Source: Octopus sinensis
Lineage: Eukaryota
Assembly (NCBI RefSeq): GCF_006345805.1
Contig: NC_043005.1
Location: 40,114,001 to 40,178,000 of the forward strand
Length of the DNA stretch: 64,000 nucleotides
Direction of reading: 5' to 3'
Part shown: piece by piece, positions 49,001-63,000 of the stretch
Layout: the number at the start of each line of letters is the position of its first letter
How positions within the stretch are numbered: the first letter of the stretch is position 1
Program-made: the position numbers and the translations under genes
The notes under the pieces: generated by a model
Seen by the model: only the letters and a program-made list of their open reading frames with translations
Told to the model about the DNA's origin: nothing
The model's database searches: none

Positions 49001-52000
49001 CATGCACATAGAAACACAAGTATGTGAAAGTACACATAATAATACATTCCTGTATACACACCCATAAATACAAACACAATTAATATTCTTAATTTTGAAT
49101 GAAATGATATACATGTGTGTGTGTGTGTACTTGTAAATGAAGGCATATCTGAGTCTACATAGGCATGATCTATGCAAATGTATGTCTATGTAAATATCTT
49201 CTGTTCTGGTATGCATGTAGTCACATGTATATTTCTGAGAATAACTTTTTACTTCTGAAGCTATTTCATTCCTCTGAAGAAAAAAAAAAAATTCATGTTT
49301 ATACTAGTATCCTTGGATAATTTTTTCAAGAAGTGGTCACTGCTTGTTTTCTGCTCCCTCTGCTTAATATTTCCATTTCATTTTACGTTTTTGCTTTGTT
49401 TGAGGCATTATTTCTCTCAATGCACCCTTCCAAATTTTTACTTTCCACTTCTTCCTTGATTTTCAATTCAGATTTCAGACCATCTCACACTCCTTTACTT
49501 TTAATCTTCTCTCTTCCCATTATCACTACTTTATGCCAATTCCTTCACCATTTACTTGTCTGTAGTCCAAGCCACAACACCCTCTTTCTCTCTAGTTTCT
49601 TCACTCTCAGATAGAAGGTAAAAGCCCCAGAATGTCAAAATCTCCGATTTACTGTCTTCAGTTGCTTATTTGACAAAACACTTAATTCTTGATTGAGTAG
49701 TTAGCATCTAAGAAGAGTCTCAAGCTGTTGAAAATTTAATGTACAGTTATTGTTTACAATGTTACATTAATTATTACAACATTGAAATAGTAAGTAAGGA
49801 GGTAATTAGTTGTGTAAGTTGATTAATTAACAATATTAATTGGCTAAGTTTAACTTACTTTAATGGCCGTCTCCCGCAGCATATGATACTCTTGGTTGGA
49901 TAAGGTTTGGCTGGGAGCAACAACAATGGAATCACCTGTAAGATGAATTAGTAGCAACATATTAATAATAATAATAATAGTAATAATAAAAATAATGATG
50001 ATGATGATGATGATGATGGCATTTCATCTGTCTTTACGTTCTGAGTTCAAATTCCACTGAGGTCAAGCTTGCCTTTCATCCTTTCAGGGTTGATAAAATA
50101 ATTACCAGTCAAGTACTGGAGTTGATATAATCGACTTGCACCCTCCTCTGGCATTGTGTTAAAATTTGAAATCAATAATCCTTATTACAGGCACAAGGCC
50201 TTGCTCAATAGGTAGTTATTTCAGCGATCCTGAAAGGATGAAAAGCAAAATTGACCTCTAAGGAATCTGAACTCAATGTAAAGACAGGTGAAATGTTGCT
50301 AAGTGTTATATCTGATGCACTAACAATTTTGACAACCCACTGCTTCACTGATAATAATAATAATAATCCTTTCTACTAAAGACACAAGACCTGAAATTTG
50401 TGGGAAGGGGAGTAGTTGATTACATCAACCCCAGTGCTTCACTGGTACTTAATTTATCAATGATGAGATGATGAAAGGCAAAGTTGACTTCGGCAGAATT
50501 TGAACTCAGAACATAGTACATTATTTACATTTGACGGATATTTGTCCTCATCGTTTGTTTTTAACACAACATTTCGGCTGATATACCCTCCAGCCTTCAT
50601 CAGGTATCTTGTGGAAATTTTGAACCTGGGTTCTCATTCCTAAGGTATTTTTTTTGTTGTTGTTATTATTATTATTATTATTGTTATTATTCAGGACACT
50701 GCCTGGAACTGAACTCAGAATCTTGGGGTTAGTAGCCTGTGCTCTTAACCACTACGCCATATGCCTGTGGGCATATGGCATCAAACGTTAATAATGTAAA
50801 TAATGTACATAATTACACATCTCTTAAATATTAAACTCAGAACATAGCAACAGCCAAAATACCACTAGGAATTTCGTCCAGTGTATTAACAATTCTGCCA
50901 GCTCACCGCATTAAATAAAAATAATAATAATAATAGAATAATAAATAATGATATTGACATTTGAGCCTAACTAATTAACATACAGTTAAATACATACACA
51001 CTCACATAAAGAAGTACTATATGCAAACAGATCATAAATATTCCATGCACACACACACGCACACAGGTATATGTGTGTGTGCATATATATATATATATGT
51101 ATGTATATATGTGTGTGAGTGCATATATGTATATGTATCAACATGTAGCATAGTTCTATGTACACACACATCACACAATCTGCCTTTCACTCTAAGGGAG
51201 AGGCTCTCTGAACTTTGCCCAGCCTGTTTTTATTTTACTAACAACACTTTCAGAACTCCCTCCACCACTGCTAACTTGGTCTCCTAGGTTACAGAAGCTA
51301 TTTACTACTTCTAATGATCTCTGCAAGCATTTGAGGAAGTCTATTATCTGTGCATTTTTAGTAATTATTGTACCTGCACATTTACCACACACAAAGACTG
51401 TATTCTCCGTAAACCTTTCTGTGATACTGTTACATCTCTTATGTGGCCAAAGCTTGCATTGGGTACAACATATGGAGTTTCTGCCAACACCTTTCTTACA
51501 TATTGAGCAGGGCCATCTCTTAGAAAGGACTTATGATTTGCTTGTTTTCCTACTTACTAGGATTTTGGTTTTTGCATAATTAACTCTAAGGCTCTTAGAT
51601 TCAAGGCCTTGTTTCCACACTTGAAATTTCTTCTCTAGGTCAGGTAGTGGTTCAGCTATAAGAACAACATCATCAGTACAGAAGAACTCCCAGGGACAGC
51701 CTTGAATTTCTCTGTTAAGGCCTGGAGGATCAAGGTAAACAAGAGGGGGCTGAGAACTGAGCCTTGGTGAACTCCTATCTGTACACTGAATTCATTGCTA
51801 TAAACTACAAGAGGCAGAGGGTGGGGGTAGAGGTGGGGTATGTGGGTAGGCAGAGGGTGGAGCATGTAGGAGTGGGTGTAAGGGAGGGGGTTGAGTGGGA
51901 TGGGAAGGATAGGGAAGGTGGGGTTGGAGTGTGTAGTGGTGGGGTGCAGTTATGTGGGAGGGGTGACAATGGAGGGGGAAGGAGAAAGTGGGTAGGAGTG

Positions 52001-55000
52001 AAGAGAAGAGAGAAGGAGAGTAGGAGTGAAGAGAAGAGAAATATATATATAAATATATAGGACATGTATTGTGGTGCAAACAGGAAAAATAGAACTCAAA
52101 ATATATATGTATATTTTTATGAAATATTTAGCAGAAGCAACAGAACGACTCAAGGGTCAAGGTTTTCATGCATTGGCACTCCTACATACTTCTGACATTT
52201 ATCTCAGTCACTGTACCTCTCACTCACTCTTTTGCCATTCCACTCTCTCACTTCAACACTTCATTTCCATATTTTCTGATCTATTTACAGATCTATGATA
52301 CTGCTGCTCTCCACTCTTCCTGTACTGCCACTTATCACCTATTTCTTTCACTCCTAATTATACTGATCTTTATTGTTGACTACACTACACCTATCTCTGA
52401 TCATCTGTTCCTCACCTCTCATACTAATAAACACCCACTAAGACTGCTTGAACTTTTGTCTGTATTCTCTTTTACATTCACTTTCTTGTATCTTGAGAGT
52501 AAGTTCTGACATCTCATCACCATCATCACGGTCTTCTTTCCAGCTACTTCCATCTACTTTTATAAAATGTGAAGTAGTCATACAACTTCTCTATAGCAAG
52601 ACACCTGTGCCTGTCTTTCTATCAGACCTCTTGACACTGGCACAAAGCCACTTTCCTGTCTCCTACAACGCCAGTCAGTTGAGAGAACTTTTTGTCTTAC
52701 AAGTTACTTGGTGACTGCACTAGTACCAGTACCATGAAAAAGCACCCAGTGGCTGGCATTAGAAAGGGCATCCAACCATAGAAACCATGCCAAAAGCTGA
52801 CATAGGATCTTAATGCAGTTTCCTGCTCATTGAATCCTATCAAACTAGTCAACTCATGCCAATATGGAAGGACATTAAATGATAATGATGACATTAGTTC
52901 AATAAAATCATGTGTTATAATTTATAACTGAGCAGATATGGCAGTGTGGTTACGAAGTTCACTTTTCAACCACAAGAAGATGCATTGACTCTTAAGGCCT
53001 GTAAAAAAAGTGAGAAGACATGACAACTCACTTATTGCTGATGACTCCCAGAACCATTACAGTTGCTGGGAATTTAGTACGTATGACTGTTGGAACCTCA
53101 TTCAGATCTCTGCATAACCATTTGTCATTTCTTTGGTTTACCTTTTGGTCCTGATCTATGTTTTTCTCATCAGAGAAAAACCAAAGCATTCCAGCCTTTT
53201 GGTGTTTTAACTGGTTTAGCCAGGCACTTTGCATAGATTGAACGATGCTGTCTTGCTATGTCCAACATAAACTGACCCCTCTGCATCACATATGACTTGA
53301 ACCAAATCTCCTCATGCACAACTCATCTGATGCTGCATTCTGAAACCTTGAGAGCCTTTGCAATGGCTCTGATTGACTTTTCAAAGTATTTAGTGATTAT
53401 TTCTTGAACTTTTTGCACCAAGTCATGTGTTCTGACGGTATTAAGAAAATTGTGCATGCATTTTGCATTTAGCAGCTGATCCCCATTCACAGCTTTCAGC
53501 TCCTTTTGAGCTTTGACATCGAAGGATTGGGGAACTTTCAGGAAGCGAGCTATCTCTGTATCACTATGCTGCACTTTTAAGGCAACAATAACAGCATGTC
53601 TTTTCATTTGCTGATTCCTAACATTATCTGAAAAGTAAGGCGAAAAAAATAAGTTAGAAAAAATTTAGCGCTCTTGAAAGAGGTGTCCTCACAAAAACTG
53701 ATACACCCTGTATATTCATTCACACCAAAGTTGATTTTACCTGTGTGTACACCAAGTGGATCAAAGTTTTCCATATTGCAAACTGTAATACAATTGTCTT
53801 GACAATCACGTACTACTTCATATTCAACTTCTTTCCAGCCGAGCAGAGACTTCTCAATAAGAACTTGTTTTGTCACTGCCAGAGCCTGAAACAAATACAA
53901 AGAATTTGGTGGTATATTTCCAGTTTATTATGACTGTTTCACACTATGTTTCTTGATATGTCTAATTATGTTTCTCTTTAAAGACAAGTAGAGTTATGAC
54001 CTTACTCAACTCAGTACCTTTAGCATCATATCATCACATAACCTTTAAAAATGGAAGGCTCACCACGAAAGAAATAAAGTGTGATGACTATATCTAAACT
54101 GAGAGTTGAAATTATGTATAGATCACACTTACACATAAGCATTTTGTCAGATAGTTAAACCAATATTTGCTAATATCCTTTCACTCAAGGTCTACTTTTC
54201 ACTCTTCCTTCTGAGCCTCTGCTAATACTCTGAAAAATGGCCAACAAAATTACCCATAATTCAGGCATAATAATGATACGGACACTAAAGACATAAACTA
54301 AATTCAGTCTTTATGTATCTGAATTTACTAATTCAAATTATCTTAATCAGGTGATAAATATGCTCCAATTAATAAAACTCCACCTTTCAAAAAAAATCAG
54401 TTAGGTATCTGGTCAAAAGAAATTGTCATGACTTCATTTTAAGCATAGAGTTGATTTGAACCAGAATCTGCCAATTTCCCTTAACAATGCAACAGCATTT
54501 TTCTCATAAAAAAAACAGGCGTAGGAATGGCTGTATGGTAATTAGCTTGCTTACCAACCACATGGTTCCAGGTTCAGTCCCACTGCATGACACATTGGGC
54601 AAGTGTCTTCTACTATAGCCTCGGGCCGACCAAAGCCTTGTGAGTGGATTTGGTAGACGGAAACTGAAAGAAGCCCGTCGTATATATGTATATATATATA
54701 TGTATGTGTGTCTGTGTTTGTCCCCCCAACATTGCTTGACAACCGACACTGGTGTGTTTACGTCCCTGTAACTTAGCTGTTTGGCAAAAGAGACCAATAG
54801 AATAAGTACTAGGCTTACGAAGAATAAGTCCTGGGGTCGATTTGCTCGACTAAAGGCAGTGCAGCAGCATGGTCACAGTCAAATGACTGAAATAAGTAAA
54901 AGAGAAAAAGAGAAAATGGTTGACAGCAGTTACAATGAACACATGGCCTTGCTAAGCTGATTTATGTCTTTGCCACTTGACCCTTCTAACTTCTTGTATG

Positions 55001-58000
55001 CGGTGGAGAGTTGAGTTGAGAAAACAGTTGATCTCTAAAGAATACCTAGCGTTCTCTACAATATACCTATTTTTCTAGCTAGTTTTGGATAGTTATGAAT
55101 ACAAGAACTCTGTAAGCCAAAGTCAGTTAGTGAGAACTGAGTTGGCTAACTGGCTGAACGAAATGCCATCTCTGAATGAAAGGGCACAGAGGGATAGCTA
55201 TGGTAACTCACCACCAAAGCAGTTGTTTTGTCCCACCACTCTCACTTTCACTAGCTCACTTTCCCTACTTTACAACATCACTCTATCGTTTTCCCTGCTG
55301 CTAGAATGACAAGAACACAAACACACCTATACAAGAAAAAGCTACAATATCTCTCTTTACTTTGCATGCTTTACACATTATATTATACGTGCTAGCCCGT
55401 CGTGGTTTGGCTATAACAATATGTAATGGTTAATAAATGTTTGTTTACAACTTCAATCATGGTTCTTCTTTCATCTTTCACATCTACAACATCAACATCT
55501 GTTACAAAATTGTAATTGATTTCAGTTAGCTTGTTGGCTAAACAAGTATCAACAAGACCAGGAAATAGCAACTTTTTTTTTATAATGGTCCAATTATGTT
55601 GATCTTATATTTGCTCATGGCCCTCATCTGTATTATATCATATCTCACATATAAAATTATCCTCATATATACACCACTGCCACCACTAGCAATGATGTCA
55701 GCAAAAATTAAACAAATACTGGCACAAAAGATTGTCTAAAAACCACCAACTGTTCAATGGCTTTATCAAATATGAAATTTTTTTAGAAAAAGTCTGAGGG
55801 CCAACAAGAACACTTCATTGGCACACCAGTTTATGACTCTTAAAACTCCTGAAGTAAATAAACAGAAAGATACATATATAAGCAATTAACATTAAACTGA
55901 CAAAGAGATGTATGGATAAATAGATAGACATATAGATGACAAAATATCATTCATTGACAGAAAGACTAGAAACAGAAAGATGGATAATCAAATACATAAA
56001 CATATAGACAAACAAAAAGCTAATCAAAATAATTGTAGTAGTGATAAGTTAAATTAAAGTTAATGAAGACAAGTACAGGAATAATGAGTATTCAAAATGA
56101 AATTTTGTCAAAACTTATTGAGTCACGTACATGGTTCACAACAGCTTTTAAAGACTGCTTGTCATAGCATACTCCAGAGCCAAGACCTCCAAGAGCATAG
56201 GCAGCTCTCACCATAACAGGATATCCAATGGTTTCTGCTGCATTATATGCATCTTTCAACTGAAAAAGAAGAAAAGTGAATATATATATGTAAGTATGTA
56301 TGTTGCTAAGAGGTGGTTCCACACTTCTCAAAACCCTGGAACTCCTGAACTGGGTAAAGGATAAAGACCTCCTTCAGTCATGAATGACTATTGGATTGCA
56401 CCTAGAATGTTCCTCTCTGAGGCACCAGCAGTCGCCCATGCATAACAGCCTGCCTTCTCCATGCCTCTGATGTTGTCGAAGGAAAAGGCAAAGCTGATAC
56501 AGCTAGGTACCAATAACACTGCAACTCATTTCTACAGCTGAGTGAACTGGAGCAATATGAAATAAAGTGTCTTGCTCATGAACACAACACAGCCTGATCT
56601 GGGAATCAAACTCACTACCTTATGGTTGTGATCCCAATTTTCTAACCACTGAACCATGTGCCTCTTGAACCAGCAACCCACTTTAAAGCCACACCCAGGT
56701 CTACTCTGAAATGGAGTAGTAGCACCCAGGTGTGGATTAACTAGCATATGACTGCTGGGACATAGAAATACTCAGGTTGGTATTTGAGGATGCAGTAAGC
56801 CTACTAGGAGTGAGGGACCCTTGGTCTTTGTTAAGGCATCTGTCAAGGAGAATGCTAACTTGCATGTAAAATCTGCAGTCCTACTGAGCCAAAAATCTTG
56901 CACTTTGCTCGTCACTGGATTCCTTGGAACTGCAGGTGAGAGAAGTTGTGGTGTTGTGCAAGCCACACTCAACTTAAAACCCTTGTACAGACATTGCTGA
57001 CATTTACCTGTCAACAATATTTACACCTGTCTAACAAGTAAATAGCCATCATCATATGTGTATGTACAAAATATACATAAATGTTGTAAGCCAGTTGTTA
57101 ATAAACACACACATTTGTTTATTAATGACTGGCTAACAAAGTTATTATTCCATGCCTATCCTTCTGGTAGTTTTCAAAGCCAATAATTAAACCATTTGAA
57201 GGTTAAATATATATCACCATCTCTTCCATTTCTCCCACTGTTATCCCAACTTCTCTCACTGAAGTTCATCTTTTATAAATGTCCACTTTTCTGTCTTCTC
57301 TAATAGTCATGTTACCCAGAGCAAATGAAGACAGCATAGATCAGAAATCCTGGGTCAATCTCACATCAATGTTATTATAAAATGCATCCAGTGAAGTGGT
57401 GAGCAAAGGAGCAGAGATAGTATAGGGTCTACAGAACCTTTAGTTTTGTATTTTCAAGGACTAGTGCTGGTGTCATGAAAAATGCACTCAAATGCACTCT
57501 ATAAAGTGACTGGTGCTAGGAGGAGGATACAACCAGAGAAACCATGCCAAAATGGAAACAGATGAGTGATGCATGGTTCCTTGACTGAGACTAGTACCGC
57601 CAGTCAGGTACCAACTCAAACCATGATAACTAGTTCATTTTATGCCAGTATGGTGGTGAAGGAGGGGAAAGAAGAGAAAACATGCTAGCAGAAAATATAG
57701 CCAAGTTGTTTGTGAGTATGAAATGGTAAGAATCTGGAGATATGATAAAGTCTGGAATTAAACTGGTCTTGATTATTGTAATGGTTGTGGCAGTGGGATG
57801 TAGGAGCATAAGTGTGAGATCTTTAAATAAGGAAGTAGGAGAAATTTATGTTTAATTGAACAGAAAGCTGATTGTATTGTTTTTATAAACAAGTCCATTG
57901 CTTTCACAAGATAGCTCCATAGACGAGATCAACACACCCATTGCTTTTACCAGATGGCTTTTAAGACACCAGACTGCAATGTGATTATTTTCCAAAACTT

Positions 58001-58145
58001 TAGTTTAGCTAATTTAATTAGACATGTTTCTTCCATGCAGTTTTAAAATTTTAAACAATCCCAGAGGAAGTTTTCACTTTATAACTGCAAGGATAATCTC
58101 AATAAACTGGAGTTTTTCAATTCATTACATCACATATGTGAGATT

Positions 58146-58185
<40 letters not shown>

Positions 58186-59831
58186 CATGTGATCATCATC
58201 ATCATCAACATAATTTTAACGTCCACATAACCATGTCAGGCAGAATTAGATGACAGATTTTCTATGGTTGGATGCCCTTCATGTCACCAACCTTTACCTA
58301 TTTCTAAGACCAGACATGTTTTCACATAAGATTGGAAATGAAGGCCACTACTTCCACGACAGTGACACTTGTTTACAATTATAATGCAATGTCAAGGCAA
58401 GGTGACGGTAGCACACATGCAAGGAGAGAAAGTGGAAGATAGCATAGAGGTAGGAAGGGAGAGTGGTTAGAATGTAGAGAAAGGATCTCTGGCAGGGAGA
58501 GTATGGAGAGCGGACATTGAGAGAAAGGGAAATTAGAGTGGTAGAGGGTAAGTGAAAGAGCAGTGAGAGAAAGAAAGGCCAAGGAGAGTGGAGAGTTAAT
58601 GCAATGAGAGCAGAGAGATAAAGGAAGCTGAAGGGAGGAGGAAGATGCCATAGGATACCGTAAAAATGGTCAGGAGAGCAAAGGACAAAAGCAGTGAAAG
58701 TATCCCTTGTAAAGAGGATGGTGAGAGAAAGACAAGAGAAGAGTGGTGGGGAATGCATCCCATCCAACAGAACTCTCATCACTAGTATTCTTTCTGCCAG
58801 ACTTGTGCAAGAGAACAAATTTTCTTCAGTATAGCTTACTGTTATAGAACTGGAGGGCCTTATAGTAAACTTAACCAAGACTAAACTTATAAATATAAAA
58901 GAATACATGACTATGATGCTATTAAAGAACTGGCTATGCTCAGTATAAAGGAAAGGAATTGGTAGAAACTCCATATAGTGTGCCTAGAGTAAGCAATGGT
59001 ACAGAAGTATATAATGTGAGCATAGGCAGATGAACAGCAAAGATAGCATTTGTATGTATTATGTATACATGAGAATTAAGTACAGACTGCATCCAAGGAA
59101 AGAGACTCTCTATTGCGCAGGGAGCCCCTAGAAGTAGTCATTAGCCTTTTGTAAACTAGGTGCCTTATTTAGTAGTGGTGGTGCTCTGAAGCATAGTAGC
59201 CAGAATGGGGCAGGAGAAGTTCAGGGTGCTCAACTGGAAATGAAGGACTCCTCCAGAGAGAAAGGTAGATTATATGATGTTTGTGTGTTAAATGTGGTGC
59301 CCCATGGTAAAGAGAACTAAACTTTGAAGGAGTAGAGGATTTGAGAAAAGAAGTACGCATGCTTCATTAAATTTATAATTGTTTCTATTATAGGTACATG
59401 GCCTAAAATGCTTGAAGAGGGGTGGGTGGAGCTAATCGATTACTTTAACCCCAGTGTTGAACTACTAATTTTATTGACCATCGAAAGGATGAAAGGAGAA
59501 GTTAACCTTAGTAGAATTTGAATTCAGAACATACAGACAGATGAAATGCCACTAAGCATTTTGTCTGGCATGCAAACAATCCTGCCAACTCACCACCTTT
59601 CTTCATTGGAATTATGATGTTAGTGTAAATGACACAATACAAATGACCTGGGAAAAGCAAGAGGGAAGACTACATTGGTATGTGCAGGTAATAGATATGG
59701 ATGAAAACACTTGCATAAAAACATGTGGAGCATTCAAAGAGGATGGTAGTAGTGAAGTTATATAGTGAAGAAATAAATGGGATGAACAATTACTTGGGTG
59801 GTCGACTGATTGAATCTTTCTCACTCACTCA

Positions 59832-59878
<47 letters not shown>

Positions 59879-60031
59879 ACATAACACACATAGAAGCACC
59901 TGTATGCTTTTCTCTCAACCTTATATCTGTCTTTCTGCCTCGCTATCAAAAAACCATAGGCAGTTTCTGACAAGCCTACAAGTAACTACTCATATGTGAA
60001 TATGACATATATTAAGCAGGCATCCATCCAT

Positions 60032-60069
<38 letters not shown>

Positions 60070-63000
60070 TTAGAGATTAGCCAAAATTTACTCACATTTT
60101 CCACAGCAAAGCTGGGGGCTAATTTCTCATTGATTTCTATCAATCTGTCTGCAAAAATCTGGCGATCCTCAGTTGCCTCAATTGATTCAACGGGCGTACC
60201 AAGTACCTTCACATCATATTCTTTCAAAATACCATTACGATACAACTCCACTCCTATACAAAAAGAGGAAAACAGTACTAACAAAGAAACAAAAAACAAA
60301 ATTGGTAATGCTGACAGAAATTGTATAGACAAAAACTATCTAATAGCAATCTTTATTGTTTTTTTTATATTTTTTACTCATTTCAGTAATTTGACTGTGG
60401 CCATGCTAGGGCACTGCTTTGAAGAATTTTAGTCAAATGAATCAACTCCTGTACTTATATCATTTTTTAAAAGCCTGATACATATTCTATTAATCTCTTT
60501 TGCTGAAATGCTAAATTACAGGGAAGTATTAAAAAAAAAAAACACACGCACACACAAAACAGGCTGACAGGTTTCTTTCAGTTTCTGTCTACCAAATCCA
60601 TTCACAAGGCTTTGGCTGACCTGAGGCTATAGTGGAAGACACTTGTCCAAGTAGCAACTGGAACCATGTGGTTGGGAAGCAAACTTCTTATTACACAGCC
60701 ACACTTACAATTTTTTTTGTAATTAGACTTACCTTCTAATTAAACAATCAAAATTTGAACTTGGAATAAGATAGTAAACTTTAAAATTGCAACTGCTGTG
60801 TCTTTAACCACAATCCTAATATTCTCCTAGTATCAGCAGCTTTTTAGTTTATCAATCACAAAGATATAAGAGCAGTCAAGAGAATCAACTTCTCTTATTT
60901 CTTCTGGCAGATCAAGATCGATTTTGGAGACAGAAATTAATCACGGAAGTGGAACACATTTTCGGCCTTCATTCTAAAATTTTACTTGTTACTTACCACA
61001 GTTCAGTGCTGTTTGACCTCCCATGGAAAGTAGTAAACCATCAGGACGCTCCCTTTTAATGATCTCTGTCACAAACTCTGCTGTGATTGGCAGAAAATAA
61101 ACAATATCTGCCTGTTTTGCCCCTTCGGCATTCGTCTGTACTGAAGCAATGTTAGGATTCATCAGTACGGTCTGAATGTCCTCTTCCTGGAAACAAATGT
61201 ACAGATTTATCAATATATGGAAGTGTTTGTGCATGTGTGTATGTATGTATATATATATATATATATATATATCATCATCATCATTACTATAATCATTTAA
61301 CATCCATTTTCCATGCTAGCATTGGTTGAATAGTTTGGCAGACACCAAGCCTGCCTGTCTACATTAACATAGTTTCTATGGCTGGATGCCCCTCCTAATG
61401 CCAACAACTTTCAGAATGCACTGGGTGATTTTTAAGTGGCAACAGCAGTAGTGAGATAACAAAGTAACCTGCAAGACAAGAACCCTCAACTGAGGCAGGG
61501 AGTAGTATTGAAGGACAGAAAAAAGGGAAGTCTTGCATTAGATTTAAAGATTTCATATCCTTTCCAAATCCAAAAACTTACTAAGATGAGAAATTTTCAC
61601 AAGATGCAAGCATCTCAACAAGTTTCTGTTATTGAATAGGAGAACACCACCCTCTCTGGATACAGTCTTACAAACAATACTTTCCTAATCAGAATAACCC
61701 CATCTTTTCAAATGAACCAAAGGAACACAACTCTTAACCCCCTTTGTGTGAGTTGGAAACAATTTAAATAATTTTGGGAGGACTCGGCTTTCCATATCTC
61801 ATTCTATTTTTGAATGTATATAGCTTTTTAGTTTCGGATACTGAAGCAATGGCTACGCCACTGTTTTATTTATGATATGTGCTCTTCCCATAACATATAT
61901 CTAGATCTACTTTGAGATAGATTAGAATGCGTTTCATGAGATACTTAATGTGTGTGTGAGAAAGAGAGAGAGAGAGAAAGAAAGAGAGAGAGAGAGGGAG
62001 AGAGAGTGTGTGTGTGGATCATCATCCTTAAATTTATGTCTATTTTTTCCATATTGTCATGGGTCAGATGTCATACAATTCACTGCAAACAACTATACAC
62101 TATGTGGTAGGCATGATGCAGTGCAAGGTTTAACACTAGCACCTGGCTTAAGAGCAGAGTCCATTTGGATACAAGCACCTGCATGAAATGTCAAAGTCTG
62201 AGGCTATTTTCTTCCCTTCGTCCCACCTGTTTGGGAAGCTCTGAAGAAGATTGTAGGCTCTGCCTTTCCTCTTCGGACAAAACCATAGAAATATAAAAAT
62301 GTACAATTGAAGAGATTATAGGTTTAGTGTAACGTTTTCTTACCTTTAGAGCCTTCACAGCTTGAGAGCCACTATAATCAAACTCTCCAGCTTGACCAAT
62401 AGACAGTCCACCACTGCCCAATACAAGTACTTTATTGACCTGAATATATAAAAATAAAATGCTTGAATTAAACATGAAAATATTTGAGAGTGTTAAATAA
62501 AATCAACATGTCTTCTGTATTTGGCAAAATTATTAAAATAGCATAATGGTTAGGGTGTTGCACTAATGATTATAAAATTGTGGTTTCAATTCCTGGACTG
62601 GGTAGTGTGTTGTGATCTTGAGCAAAATACTTAATTTCACATTGCTCCAGTCCACTCAGCTCTACATGAGTTTCCGCAATAGCTGGGAAATTACAACTAT
62701 AATGGACTGGCATCCTATTCATGGGGAGTGTTGTAATATCAGTTTCATCTAACATGGAATCCAGATTAAGCTCTGCCCTTATGAGTCCTAGGGCACATGA
62801 CAGACCTAAACATTGTGCAGCAAAAAATCTGAAATGTAAAGCAAGGTACAACTAACTAGCTTAAGCTATTGCTGTAATATGCAATTGAACACACAAATAC
62901 AAATACTGTATTTTTCTTCTTTTTTATCTCTCCATGGCTACAAAAAGGATTGACCTAACTGGTTTATGTTCCAATTGGGACTGCATCAGAAATGAAGTAA

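Noticed and set aside
20251-62810. Genuine tRNA genes (A/B boxes at ~20260, 24505, 35715, 43740, 50750, 62550)
   Set aside because: No complete cloverleaf or acceptor stem; each continues into a shared SINE body, and some have TSDs
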